DNA from: Tubiluchus corallicola
Lineage: Eukaryota; Animalia; Priapulida
Direction: 5' to 3'
Assembly (NCBI GenBank): GCA_030141605.1
Contig: JAQGDQ010000320.1
Span: 186,001-250,000 of the forward strand
Length of the DNA stretch: 64,000 bases
Shown here: piece after piece, positions 36,576-50,000 of the stretch
Layout of the letters: each line of letters starts with the position of its first letter
Numbering within the stretch: the first letter of the stretch is position 1
Program-made: the position numbers and the translations under genes
The notes under the pieces: model-generated
Seen by the model: the letters and a program-made list of their open reading frames with translations, nothing else
Databases searched by the model: none
What the model was told of the DNA's origin: nothing

Positions 36576-38118
36576 CTGTGCAGTTGAATCTGATGGAAGT
36601 AAAAAGCTCCTAAATGTGGAACATGAAATTGGGAATAATTACAATAGATGTGCCGACTACGACAACGATCTTGTTTGTGAGAGAAGTGCAATTGCCAAAT
36701 ATATTGATGATCGAATCATACATGAGGAGACTGTCGCTGAAGGAGTTGTTCATTATTTTATACGCCGAACTTTGCAAATAATGAGTATAATAGCGAGTTT
36801 TGCTGGACGAGTGCCCTTCATACCATTAGCTCTCAAACTAGCTGGAGGGAGCGTAGCTTACGGATGTATTTTGGCATACGCCATGTGCGTATCGTTTGGC
36901 GCTTTAGTGTCTTACACTCTTTTTGGCATTGTGGAATCTCAGATGCTGCCCCTATCCCCCGAGGAGCGGTTACTGGTGGAATCTCGCATGAGTGAAAGAG
37001 TGAAGAAATCATTTCTAGTCTTGTCAATTGCATTAGGTTTCTACACACAAATTCCTTTTGCTTACATTGCATACAAGTACAATGAACATTCCGTGCTTAA
37101 TCCAGGCGGAATTCTAATGCCCGTAATGATTTTTGCCATTGATTCATGGGTGGCCGTTTATTCCGCATACATGGGGCTGAAAACTATCAGAGAGACAACC
37201 TTAATACGTTCAAATCAGCGCAGATTGCACGGCATTAGACAAAAAATTTGTTCTCTGGTTGAAGCGAATGTAAAACTTCTTCCGATTGTTAACAAAGAAG
37301 TAAAGATTCAGTTTCTTCAATCTTTTCAGTCACTCAAAAGTACCGGAAATTGCTCATATCGTGTTGAAAATTTGTGTATACTATTTATGCGCAAACTGTC
37401 TGATGACAGTAGTGACTCACCACCATATATCAAGCACTTGGCAAGAATAGTGAACATTTATGGTTATTTATGCGCCATTGTCAATATTTCAATTCTTGCT
37501 TACATTGCGTATCTGGGAAGTGAAGAATTAACTAGCTACAAAGCTTTATCAGTTACAGTTGCAAGTGTGTATGCTGGGGCAGCGTTATACCTAAACCTCA
37601 CAGCTATTCCGAAGACGGCCGTCAGACTGTTTTATCTGTTTGCTGACTTGCTCACCTGTAATTATAAATTGACACTCGCAGATCAGTATACTCCAGTTTT
37701 ATCATTTTTTCTGAAGGTAATTGCTTTGGTGACTATTGCTTTATCATACGCAGCTCCTGTCCAGGTTGGCAGGGATTATTTTGGTTTCAAGAGAGTTTTG
37801 GAAATGTTTGTAATTGTCACAAGAACGTCTGGTACAATCCTTCTTAAGTTAATGCCAATGATGTCAGCTACAGATCACATACTTAAATATAAAGTCCAAA
37901 AGACGGGAACAGATGAAGAAATACGTATTGTAAACCTGCATATAGAGATGGAAAAATTTGCTAAAATAGTCAGTTCTTGCCCTCTCAGTGAAGTGGCACT
38001 TTTCCTGAAGGCACTTCCCAGATTAGCTACAGATTATCTTTGTGAAGATAGCCTAGATTGTTATATTGAAGAATGTTGTGAAAGTGAATGCCTAATCAAG
38101 AAGGACAGACTAGACTGA
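36576..38118 (+). CDS. Orphan multi-pass (about 8 TM) membrane protein A, main exon
   Basis: 1.54-kb open frame after polypyrimidine acceptor cttctccatttttcag (phase 2); about 8 hydrophobic segments; collinear with paralogue B. Confidence 0.85.
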
Positions 38119-38151
38119 TTATGGAAGAAATAAAAGTGATGAACTTCACAG

Positions 38152-38431
38152 AGAGTGAAATTTAAGTGATGGAAAGTTGGTACACGAGAGCACAAGACGA
38201 TATGTTATAGTTTCACCTAGAAAAGTAGTTTGATTAGAATGATTAGAGTGAAATTTTCAAGTGATGGAAAGTTGGTACACGAGAGCACAAGAGGATATGT
38301 TATAGTTTCACCTAGTAAAGTAGTTTGATTAGAATGATTAGAGTGAAATTTTCAAGTGATGGAAAGTTGGTACACGAGAGCACAAGAGGATATGTTATAG
38401 TTTCACCTAGTAAAGTAGTTTGATTAGAATG
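38152..38431. repeat. About 95-bp tandem repeat x3 directly after the gene A stop
   Basis: The unit agagtgaaattttcaagtgatggaaagttggtacacgagagcacaagaggatatgttatagtttcacctagtaaagtagtttgattagaatgatt is repeated. Confidence 0.9.
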
Positions 38432-38600
38432 AAGAATAGGTAAGCTAAGAATGGAAATGATGTCACTGATTTTATGCTGCGATTACTATTAACTAATTTG
38501 TTAATAATTGTAGTTGATCAATTTTGCAACCTGTAGAAATGAACCAAATGCCTGTGATAAAATAGAACTGCTAGATTGCACATGTTTCCTTGTGACAAAC

Positions 38601-39036
38601 CAGGGGCGTCGCCAAGGTTAGTGCCACCCGCCGATACAGTACTCATGTTGTCATCCGTGCATACTGTATCGTACAAAATTCTTTAGTAGTATCTTATGTA
38701 TGTAGTTAGCACTTGTTACATGGAGAATATGAGAAACATCATCTAGACAACATCATTTTGTTTTCTGTCCTACTGAGTTAAAGTGCTAAGAACACTGCAT
38801 TAACAATAGTACATTGATAATATTTATTTTAAAATGAAACTATTAATATTTATAATTTTCTTATACGAGGTATTTACACATTGAAGCAACACTTTTAGGA
38901 AGGAATTCTTTTATGCAGGAAATCTATAATGTTGTTTAGCTTTTAGCTTACCCCCTCTAAAAACACATTAATGGCGTCACCTCCAGGATGGTGTCACCCG
39001 GTGTGGTTTGCACCCCCTCTAGTAGCGATGCCACTG
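38601..39036. mobile_element. hAT-type MITE (aged)
   Basis: CAGGGGCGTCGCCA / TAGCGATGCCACTG termini; flanks TGACAAAC/TGAGGAAC match at 6 of 8. Confidence 0.65.
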
Positions 39037-41471
39037 TGAGGAACAAAAAAGCAAAAGAAGTGATTCGCACTGATGTTTTCTCTTCTTTTTTTATTGGTAA
39101 ACAGTCATTCTTGTTGTGTTTTTGGCAGACTGCAGTAAATTTTCATATTTCGGAATGCATAAGTAGAGCTTGTTTGATTTGCTGTATGAAATATGACTGC
39201 CAAAAACAGTCACTCATGCAAAAAGGTGTCAGTATTATAGCTTCATATACAGGACCAGCTCCCCTCTCATTTTTTGTAAGCAAAATTTTAGCTTAAGCCA
39301 ATTTTTAGCCATAGTTGTCTTACATTAGTATTGTTCACTGAATGTAGATTAGGGTACTTAGCTGCGTAGTTTAATGTAAATTTTTTCTAATTTTTTTCTG
39401 CGTGTGCTACTCGGGCAAAATCAGTTCTTGGAACTGGTTTTACGTCAACTGCTTTCTTGCATTGTTGCATTCTTAGAAATTCATTTCTGTGAAGGGTGTA
39501 GTAACAGACGCATGACTGGGTAATTACAGGTCAGGTCCTGCACTGTCATTCAACCTAAATTTTTTCTCACAAGCAGTTGTTAGCTGCTTGATTGCCGTTA
39601 GAAGTTTCACAGAGTGATGAATAGTGAGTTGTTGTGTTATGTAAAATAACTACATGCCTGTGAGGGCGTGTTTATTGTGTTAATTATGCATGTGCAATTG
39701 TAGTGTATTGGTAAGTGACTTAATAATGTTTTACTTGTAAGATTTGCCAAAATAACCCAAAGCTGTAATATGAATATACATGTAATTGTTAATGTCAGGA
39801 AGATTAATAAAAAATTTTATTAAACGAATGCTGCCTTTAAAAAATATAGATGTGCCTATTGTTAACTGTCATTTAGATTGTATAGTTACTTGTGCTAATG
39901 AATCACATGATTGCCTAATTACTGGCAATTAAATTTACATTAGAAAAATAATTTAAAATTGAAGGTAAAAGGACAAGAACAACATCCTTTACTTACATAA
40001 AGCTGAAAAAATTTGTTAGAAATTTTGTATCATCTGCATACGGTCTTATTGTGCAAAAAGCTCGTATTAGCAGTAATGCTGTATAAAACATGTAAATTTA
40101 AACTGCTGTGATGGCAATTAGGTGCAGCTATTATAATGGTAAGTCACTTGAAACAAGTTTAAATGAAATTTAGCTTGCGTACAGATCGAAAAATTAATCA
40201 GAGTATTCATAGCACACACTTTACTAACAAAGCAAAAGTGTAGATTACTTTAACTTGTCAGTAAAATATATGTATGTATATTATACATTTATTTTGGTTG
40301 GTTAATAAGTGATGTTTTTCTCAGCTGGTGCTAACCTTTTAAGAATTTTGTTTTTCAGTTACATACATCTTTCAAACAGCCAGTAACATTTCGAATGCTA
40401 CGTAATATAACATTGCATAGACATGTTGCATTGAAAATTCATGTTGTTCATCTTTAATGGTCAATAAACCTGTAGCATACCTGCTATACCAGTACTTACT
40501 GAAATAGTTTCCATTTATGACTTTACCAGGTGATTATAGTGGCAGTGCTTTTTGTAAGTTGCTGAAAAATACAACCATTTTGTAAACCTCGTGCAGTTGA
40601 ATTATACTTACTTCACGATTTAAGGGAAAGTGGTAAAACGTTTAACAAAAATTGGGAGCGCATATGGCAAAAGAGCCATTACCAGTGCACTTGCACGAAG
40701 GCTTGCTATATGCACGCGATGTTTCATTCGAAAATGCATTTGTTTTCTAGGATGTGGAATGCCACGTCGTAACATGATCTTATGGATTTAATACGATCCT
40801 TCATTCAGTAGCCTAGTATTATTTCGATTATAATCTTTTTGATATTGAAATGAATAAAATCTTTTGATGTGACGGTGCCAAACTGAATGTGATATGTGTC
40901 TACAATAATAGCAATCTATTAATGCAGCTATTATTATTAGCTACCTGATATATATATATATATATACATGTGTGTGTGAAGGATTTTAGGTTATTTTATT
41001 ACTTCAGTGTTCTCTCATTCTGTAAACCCCCCTATACTGTCCTTTTCAAGTGCATGATGTATGTCCTGACTTGGCTTCTTTCTGTCATGCTCTACTGACA
41101 GAGCTAGCTTACCTGGCAAGTTGGCAGTCTGTTCTTGGCTAAGAGAGTTGTTGTTGTTGTTGTTGTTGTTGTTTGTCTCAGTTAAACCATTTATTTGTCA
41201 AGAACAGTAGAGCCATGGTGTAAGTTTATTTTGATTGTTCAGTCTGACTTTATTATTAATTTCCTTGTTCTTTTTGGGCTCAAATTAGGTTGTTATATTT
41301 TGTTATGATTTTTTACAGATAAAAGGTAATAAAGCTACTCAAACATGAATTTTTTGACTTAGGGCATCATGAAGTAGTAGTCTCTCACAATATATATATA
41401 TTACCTTTATACAGTGTATTATGTATTTATGTTCAAAACTCTGATTCTGTAAAATGTCTGCAGGTTGCAAA

Positions 41472-41569
41472 ATGCAACAGCAGATTGAAGTGAACATTAT
41501 AAGAGAACACAAACAGACAGACCTGCTGCAAAATAAAACAAATGAAGGTGAAGAAAAAGAAAATCAAAG
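41472..41569 (+). CDS. Leader (start) exon of orphan membrane protein B
   Basis: tctgcag acceptor at 41463; aaaATG; MQQQIEVNIIREHKQTDLLQNKTNEGEEKENQ then AG|gtaag (phase 2), fitting the acceptor at 43065 and giving 526 aa. Confidence 0.72.
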
Positions 41570-42629
41570 GTAAGATGATGCATTCTCGGATTTTGTTAGT
41601 CTTACTCGGAATAAACAGTTACGGATTGCAAATCATTGTACTGTACTATAGTTGCCGCTGAAAAAAATCATTAGAAAAGAAATTTAACTGAGAGAAATGC
41701 ACGCACCGGATAAGCTTTAAAACTAATATGCACAATTCAGTCTTTTATATAACTTTTTGCAACAAATATAAAAATATTTTTTTCTGTACAAATATACTGA
41801 TTTTTGAGTACATAAAGGATTGTGATACCACAGTCAATGTAGCAAATTTTCTGCTTCATCGGCAAATTGGCAAGAACTTTGAGTTAAACAGTGATATTTA
41901 GGGCCTATTTCAGCCTAAGCGAGGCTCGGGGAAGTATCCCCACTCCCCCCCCTTGAAATAGGCCCTGGTGATATTTGGGAAGCATCACAGTTGTAGGAGA
42001 AGCTACCGCCTGATACTTTTACATTACTTGGTTGCTATCATGCACTTCTTAATTAAACTGAAACAGTTACGTTTATAGTACCTAATTTTAACCTCTTTCG
42101 CATCTACAGTCACTTGTACATTCCGATTCCTGAATCCATCTCTGATAGTTTTCAAAACTCTTATCTGTTTGTGTTCTCTTGTTATAAGCTGCAAAGTATA
42201 TAACAATACCAATGCATCATGAACTTTTATCATTATCCTTTGCGCACCTTCTTCGGGAAGTGGTTTCCGAATACGTTTCCGTCAGATTGTACGGATAATC
42301 TTGTGCATTTGAAGAGGGGAACTGCATTAGGGACTTCAATGTAGTAGATTTTCAAGCGGGTTATTAAATCTGTTAGGTTGAATTCCCATATCCGATTATT
42401 AACAATCGTTGTATATTTGGCTTGTATTTTCTTACCTCAAATCATACTCTAGACTCTGTGTCTTATGGTTTTAATGTCGGCAGACTTGCAAAACCACCAA
42501 GTGAAAAACCACATAGACTAATGGCTATGAGCCGTATTAAGAAACTTCTACTATTAAGCTTTAATGCTGCAAAATCCAGCGATGGTATAACTTTATTTCT
42601 GTTAGAAAATGATTAGTGCCACGTAGCGT

Positions 42630-42975
42630 TGACATTCTCCACCAAAAAGCCGAATTCGAATCAAATCAAATTTGTGATTCTCAAACTCTAATCAAGCCAA
42701 ATTTCAGAATTACTAAAAACAAGCAGCCTCACAAGGATCATGCATATTACTTGATTATTTTCTGCTTTAAAAACACTAATAGCAAGTTTAAAAATTGTGC
42801 ACAGAAATCTCAGTTAAATCTTCATGATTGCGTGATGTTTCAAACGTTTCAATGATAAAAAACATATGCAGTTTGAAGTGCTGAACACTTCGATTCTATA
42901 AATTTAGGATCCAATCAAATTTCAACTAAAAAAACTCGTTTGAATCAAATTCGATGTATTCGTTGCTCACCCCTA
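42630..42975. mobile_element. Degenerate copy of the TAGGGGTGAGCA hAT MITE
   Basis: Homologous to 14670-15004 and ends TTGCTCACCCCTA; it supplies the spurious ORF-track start at 42940. Confidence 0.75.
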
Positions 42976-43064
42976 TTGCAACGTGATAAGTCCTTAATAG
43001 GAGGTTCATCTTCACATTTAGTGGAAAAGTCATCAATTAAAACTGCATATTTTTTACTTCTTAG

Positions 43065-44547
43065 AAATGTAGAAGCTGACCAGCTGCTGGATTTAACTGT
43101 GGACTGCCAGAGTGCTATAGCCATGTACACGGAGAAAAGAATTATTCGAGAAATTCCGGCTTCAGAAGGCACAGCGCACAAGACACTTCGCAGAATATTG
43201 GAATCACTGAGCATAATTGCTGCATGTTCGGTTAGAATTCCATTTATACCACTAGGACTCCGACTAGGTGGTGACAATAAGATATATGCGTGGACGTTGG
43301 TGTGGGCGATGAGTGCATCAATGGGCTGCCTGACAGCTTACGCTTTATTTCGCATCGTAGATGCTCAAATGATGCCTCTCTCTCGTGAAGAGAAAATACT
43401 GACCGAATCACGTATGAGCGGAAAAGTAAAGAAGAGCTTTTTGGCTACTTCGATTTTGCTGGGATTTTCAACACAGATTCCATTCGCATACATTGCATAC
43501 GAGTATAATCAAAATTCGAAGTTTAATCCGGGTGGTATTTTGATGCCCACATGGATCTTTGTCATAGAATCTTGGATACCCACTTACTCTGCATACATGG
43601 GACTGAAAACTCTCAGGGAGAATACTCGCTCGACTTTATACGAGAAAAAGTTAGCTGACATTGTGGAGAAAATGAGAGACTTAATAAAAATGAACAGAGT
43701 GCTGCTTACTGTTGCAAACAAAGAAACGAAGATAAGAATTGTGAGTTCGTTAGAAAAGATTAGAGGAATTAACAACTGCTCAAAGCGACTGCACCGATTA
43801 TATGATCTACTAACTCAGCGAATGTCTTCCAAAAATTTGGATCCATCTATCAAGGAAACTAAATGCCGATATTTGGGATGGGTAGTGAGACTTTATGGTT
43901 ATATGTGTGCCATTGTCAATATTGCTACCCTTGCATACATTGCATACCGCGGTGCAGAGCAGTTAACCGGCCATAAAAGTGCAGCAATAATTCTGACGGT
44001 TCTGTATTCCGTAACAGCACTATACCTAAATTTCACTGCCATTCCCAAAATGGCGGTCAGCTTATTTTACTTAATTGCAGATCTCGTCACTTTTAAATAC
44101 AGGCCAACACTGTCTGATAAGTGTACTCCAATATTATCGATCTCTTTTAAGATTTTAGCACTCGTAACAGCTGCGTTATCGTATGCTTCTCCCATTCAGT
44201 TAAGCAAAGACTATTTTGGCTTTAACATAATGCTAGAATTATTTGTAAGTATCATGAGAACAAGTGCCGTAACCTTTCTTGTATTGATGCCGATGTTGTC
44301 AATCACTGATAAATTGCTCAAGTACAAAGTGCAAAAAATGGGGACAGAAGAGGAAAAGCAGATCGTTAGATTAGACTTAGAAATGGAGAATCTTTTGGCA
44401 ATTCTCCGCTCCAGCCCTGCAACCGAGATTGCCCTTTTCTTGATGGCTCTTCCTATTGAAGTTGTTGAACAACTTATAAGCGATTCAGAAATAACAGTGG
44501 CAAATCTTGAGAGCTATGTAAAAGAAAATAACAAAAGATATTTGTGA
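43065..44547 (+). CDS. Orphan multi-pass (about 8 TM) membrane protein B, main exon (paralogue of A)
   Basis: tttttacttcttag acceptor (phase 2); intact 1.48-kb frame. Shares with A the motifs R(V/I)PFIPL, ESRMS.(R/K)VKKSFL, TQIPFAYIAY.YN, NPGGILMP, YSAYMGLKT, YGY.CAIVNI and LKYKVQK.GT.EE. Confidence 0.87.
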
Positions 44548-44934
44548 GGCGTCTTAGTGCTTTTAAAATAACGTTGATTGAATCCTAAATTTCAGTATAA
44601 AAGAATAATGCAAGACAAATTGTTTTCCAGTTAACAAATATTTAAATGGTAAAAACGGAAAATTCGATCTTGGCGCAGCAACTTTTAAAAAAACTGAACC
44701 AAGTTTTGTTGATTTACATTCTGTACAAGTAGATAAATTATTTTTCTGTCATAATAGATAATAGATTATGTAGATAATTATTTTTCAACTGAGATCATGA
44801 GTCTGTGATATCACTGCAGTTTTTTTTGCTTTTTGACATAAAATCGTTAAATACGAAGAATTCTCATATCTACTAACCAAATCATTTTAACAAGTAGTAG
44901 CCGACTTTATTTTTAAAAATTTTTGCAATGTATA

Positions 44935-45265
44935 TGACCCAATAATTTGTTGATCCTGTTTAAGCAACAAGCTAGTGTTCAGCAGTTTCAGGTGATGATT
45001 TTTATATATCCGCTATTCCAATAGTTGTAGGGAAATGAAACTAAAAATTCAGTTTTGCAAAGCTCAACCTAAGCAAAGTTCAAAGAAACACCGATAATGA
45101 CTTTAGTCACCATATTATAGCAGTTGTCAGAGCACAAAATTCTTTGGGGAAGATAAAGTCGTATGTGTTATTATATCACTACATGATTTACTGTAAGAAA
45201 ATCATCACTTGAAACTGTTGAACTCTACCAGTTATTTAAACAAGAAGATCAACAAATTATTGAGT
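44935..45265. mobile_element. Degenerate fold-back MITE
   Basis: caataatttgttgatc...cagtttcaggtgatgatttt is inverted relative to aaaatcatcacttgaaactg...gatcaacaaattattg. Confidence 0.55.
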
Positions 45266-45570
45266 GGGAGATTTATGAATTAGTTGTATTCTTCAATTAC
45301 TGCGCTTGCTCAGCCACAATTGTGTTTGGTTACGAGATTATTATTGTTATTATTATTATTATTATTGGTGCTATTTTCTCATGTTTGCTCAATTTAATTT
45401 TGTACTTAAATGCTTAACATTTTAACCATCATATTTAACATGTTTATAGTTATGGTTATACACACGCTTGCATAATTTTTTATATGCGCACAATTTACAG
45501 AAATATATTTTTTGAAAATAGTTTACTTATATTATAACCTAAATATCGTTACTTAGCTCTACATAATCAG

Positions 45571-45952
45571 TAGGGGTGAGCATTCTTTAGCAGAAAGCGA
45601 ATTCGAATCGAATTGAACTTCAGTGTTTCGAATTCGAACCGAATTCGAATTGAGATCGAAAGATTTTCGAACCACCAGCAAAAATTAGTCTTACAAAGAT
45701 CATGCATATCACTAGATTTTGTTCTACAATAAAACGACTAGTAATTTCTTTAAAATTGCGTGCAGAAATCACAGCTAAATTACGCTAATTGCATGTTGTT
45801 TCAATCGTTTTAGTGATAAAGAACATGTGTGATTGAAGTGCTGAATTATTCGAATCTATAGTTTTGGATTCGAATCGAGTTCGAACTAAAAAACTCGTTC
45901 GAATCGAATTCGAGCGTTTGAATTCGATTCGAACGTTCGATGCTCACCCCTA
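45571..45952. mobile_element. hAT-type MITE (TAGGGGTGAGCA ends)
   Basis: Same family as 14670-15004; TSD ATAATCAG/CTAATCAG. Confidence 0.9.
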
Positions 45953-46821
45953 CTAATCAGACATAATGAATATATTTTTTAAAATTGTCTTAAATACTAG
46001 TATTCTAATCTAACCTCAAGTAATTAAACCTTAAATAAACATCATTAATTTAGCGATTTCTTTTTAATTAGAAACTAGCTGCAGTGACTCTCTTACACTG
46101 CAATCATTACGACTGCTGCTTTTGTTTCGTTTTGGCAGCTTGCGAATAATTTAAACCTGATTGTATGAGTTTTGCCCTTTAAATAAACTAAAGTGAAACC
46201 TTCATTTAGACTTCTTGAACCACCTGGCAAGAGTTGACATTGTTCTTTCAAGATAGCTAGGCGTGTGTATGACGCCATGTGTGGGCCTGCTTTTGATGTC
46301 AATAAAGTGATTGCAATCATTGATGCAGCTATAATTTAGATAATTTAATCAATTCAAATGTCACAGATAAACAGCAAAAGTGGCTGACATCTCAAAACCA
46401 TAATATTCATAATTTAAAAATCTACAGAACCATTAAATGCTGACGGTAATTCGTACTTTAAAGTGGAAAATTGCAGAACTAAAGTTGCTAAAGTAATTGA
46501 CAAGCATGCAAAAATGCTCAACAGAAATTGAAAGCCAAAAGAAATGCGATAGTCAAGTAATGAAATAATTTTTGGAATCTTCTTGTGAACAATAACTATA
46601 CATTAATTAATACTTTTAGTACGTAACATATTACACCATGTAAGCAAAGCTAAAATTGTAATTACAAATATACATGTACCAGTATTTAGATATATAAGCT
46701 CTTTGTCAGAATAGTGAAACACAAAGTGAGTTATTCAAAAAATTCACAAGCATTAGTAATGCATCTTTACTTAAATTAGATTGCCTCATGTCAACACATT
46801 CATTTTGTATTAAATTAAATC

Positions 46822-46862
<41 letters not shown>

Positions 46863-47005
46863 TTATATGTAATTGCAAGAAACTAATTAATTTTATATTC
46901 AGTTTGATTTATTGTACCTGGCATAATAGTAAGCTTAAGAAAACTATGAATAAGGAACTAAGAGGAACAGTTACTTGAGACAATTTTTTGGTGTTCTTGT
47001 TACAA

Positions 47006-50000
47006 TTATTTGCTTAGAGTGAGCTCAACATCTCTAGAATCCGCACGGAGTACGTACGTGATGTTGTCCTTATGAAATATGTGCAAAAATGGTCCAGTTT
47101 TTGACCAGCATTGTGCAGCATGCTTTAGCAGCAGATTAGCTGTTTCCCTACTGTTGGTTATTGTTACTACATCTTCTTTGCCTGATTCACTACCACTGTA
47201 AACTGTTATAGCTTTAGATGCAGCTAAAGCCTGTTCCTTTTGCAAAACACTAGTATCACAGTGTGCATCGTCACCATGGTAACTGTGACAAGGGGAATGA
47301 CTGTCTTTTCTATAATGGTTCTTCGTTTTCTCACAAATATTTTTCGAGTCACCTACAGCATTGTCTGGGATACCAGATGTAGCTCTACTGTTCTCTTTGC
47401 ACATCCTTGATTTCATACATTTGGCATTTGCTTGCTGTAACGATGCTCTCAGTTTTTCGTGAAGTCCTTTAAAAATCTTTTTAATGTTGTTACCCAATGT
47501 AAAAGACTGTACACCTTCAGGCACCGCATTAACTGTATCCAAAGCCGCCTTATTCTGGTAGCCGGTAGCTGCATACTGTTGATGACTGCAAGAAATGACA
47601 GATTTGCACAAGTCTGAATGGTGTTGGTTTTCTAGCTCCACTCTGTTGCCATGATTACTAACACCAAATTTAGTTTTTGGCGAGGGTACTGTACATAAAG
47701 TATGCCCCGAATTTACAACTGGACTCCACCAGAGAAGAGACGAAAATTTGTTGGCAGTATTTTCTGTACCACTTGGATCTGTTGTGGTGTCACAAACAGG
47801 ACTTTCATTTGTATCTACGCGTAAAACAGGGGATGTGAATGGAGTGCTGTATGCTTTGGGTCCACCACACCTCTGCTGATCGGATACTATTTTGGCTTCT
47901 CCGCAAAGTAGTGTTTCGCTTTGGCTTGTGCAGATGGAATCATCTTGAAATTTCACAGAATCGTGTTTCAAAAGCGTATGAAGATTGTTAATCAAATGCA
48001 GAGCTCTTGAAAGGGGAATGTTAGCAATGATAGTGTCAGTTTTATACGATTCTGATGCAAGTAGTTTCCAAGGTATTGTCAACTTTCCGGGTAAGCAAAT
48101 CAGCCCAGAATCACCCTGTTGTAAGGATAGTACCAAATAGAATGCACTGCCTGTACTTACTTGTTTGATAGCCCCAGCATTTGATAATGTTTGTCCTTTC
48201 AGGCAAATTTTTCTTTTCTGCAATGCGGTCTCCGACATTTCTAATGCTTCAATCCCATTTATTCTATGAAAAGTTGTATCAGTGTTATTATTATTATTAG
48301 CGTTGGCATTTGATAAGTCATTTTTTTCGTCTTCAGTATAGAGTTTTTTGGAAGTGGGCGGAAAAAAGTCAATAGAAGCTTTTCGTTTACCACATGCACC
48401 TCGGCTGTTGTCTGGCTTATTCTCAAAATCGACAAACGTAGATCTCTGGTCATTACACATTGCAGGGCTATTGCCCTCTTGATTTTTCTTGAACCTGTTT
48501 TGCAACTGAATCTGCTCAGGCAAACGCTCATCGCCAATGATTTTATGCAGCTGATAAGAGACGTCCTCCTTGTCATTTGGCTTGTTGTTGTCGTCAATTT
48601 TATTGGACTCAGACGACAAGAAATAGTCAGGTGTTAACAGCATTGTCCTGTCAGAACTCATTGGGCTGATATGCTGACGATGATCATCATCATTACCATA
48701 ATCGTCATCGTCACTGATTGTAATTACTTCAATGGAATCATCGTTATCCTGGAAAACATCCTTGCATTCGTTGAACCCGAATCCTTGATCTTCAGATAGT
48801 GCTTCAACATCATTTTCTTCACACATTCTGTCATACCACACTGTGTTGGATATACATTTATTTCCGCAGTCACCGCATGCACCGGCAACTACGCCTTCAT
48901 GGTTTGCTATGGGTTCCTTCAAAGCAGTGGCTCTTCTGTTTGAAGATAAAAAGCTGGGATAAAGCTGTGGATTTTCAAAACACTTTGTCTCATCAGTAAT
49001 ATTGCTGAGATTATGAGATGTACCACACACACTGTAGCTTGACTGGCCACTGAAGTACTCGGGTGCATTGGTTTTCTCCACCGATGTATTTGCCGATTCT
49101 GCATTATTTTCATCGTCTTGTGATGGCGGCAGTGACATAATGCCATCGCAGTAGGAATCATCAAACTTTGCTAAGTTTTCCTTGGCAACATCGCAACAAG
49201 TTGGAGACAACAAACTTTCATCAACAAGCGTTCCTTTGTCATGCATTTCAGAAGCCAAGGCACTGCCATTAACGTCGCCACCACCTGCACATGTTAAAGG
49301 CTTTGCAGGACAATCTATTACGGAACTTTGTCCAGCTGTGCAACTGTTTTCATTACGCTTTGCTGGATTCAGTGCGTTATCGTTTTGGTGATCACCATAA
49401 CTATAGCTATGATCGTTATAAACACTTGGTTCGTGAGCACTAAGCAGAGGTTGCTTAGCATTACTGCTCTTCATTCTACTGTTTCGCTTGGCTTTGAGCG
49501 CACCAACTGCCTTGCGTGGGCATTGGTTTGAAATTTTAGCAAGCTGAGAAAAACCACTTTTTTCTTTGGCCTCTCTTAAAATTTGATTTAAAGTCTGACA
49601 ACCAATACTTCCTGCACAAAAATATCTTCTGGTCCCTCTACTTTTGTTTATTCGCAAATAAAAAGGAGACTGCATCCGTTTCGTTTCTTTTGGCCGCATT
49701 GCCACTAAATAAAGATAGAGTAGACGATATGGACATAGCTGTGGATGAGCTTTATTCTCCACAAAATGTGCTTTGCCTCTAGATGAATGTAGGTGAAAAT
49801 ACTTCCTGTTGTCATTTAAGATACTGCATTCCATGTTTCCATATCGCAGTTCGCTATAGTGAAATGATACCGTGAAAACGTTCAGAGTGCAAGCTATAAG
49901 ATGAACAACTTTTCGAGTTATCTCATCAGCATCTTTCACGTGAATGAGCTGCATTTCTTCCTCTATTTCATCCTGAGTAGGAGGTTCAACTGTGAAATGT

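Noticed and set aside
42380-42620. Possible LINE ORF1 remnant (IFGL...GRLAKPPSEKPHRL)
   Set aside because: The resemblance is weak and fragmentary and cannot be supported without a search.
42940-43064. ORF-track N-terminus of the 535-aa protein (likewise 36499-36575 and 50758-50812)
   Set aside because: These lie in a MITE end and/or polypyrimidine tract upstream of clear splice acceptors, so they are intronic.
36499-44547. Bacterial contaminant or operon inserted in the assembly
   Set aside because: Both ORFs have spliceosomal acceptors, matching leader exons and host MITEs between them; no operon-like density.
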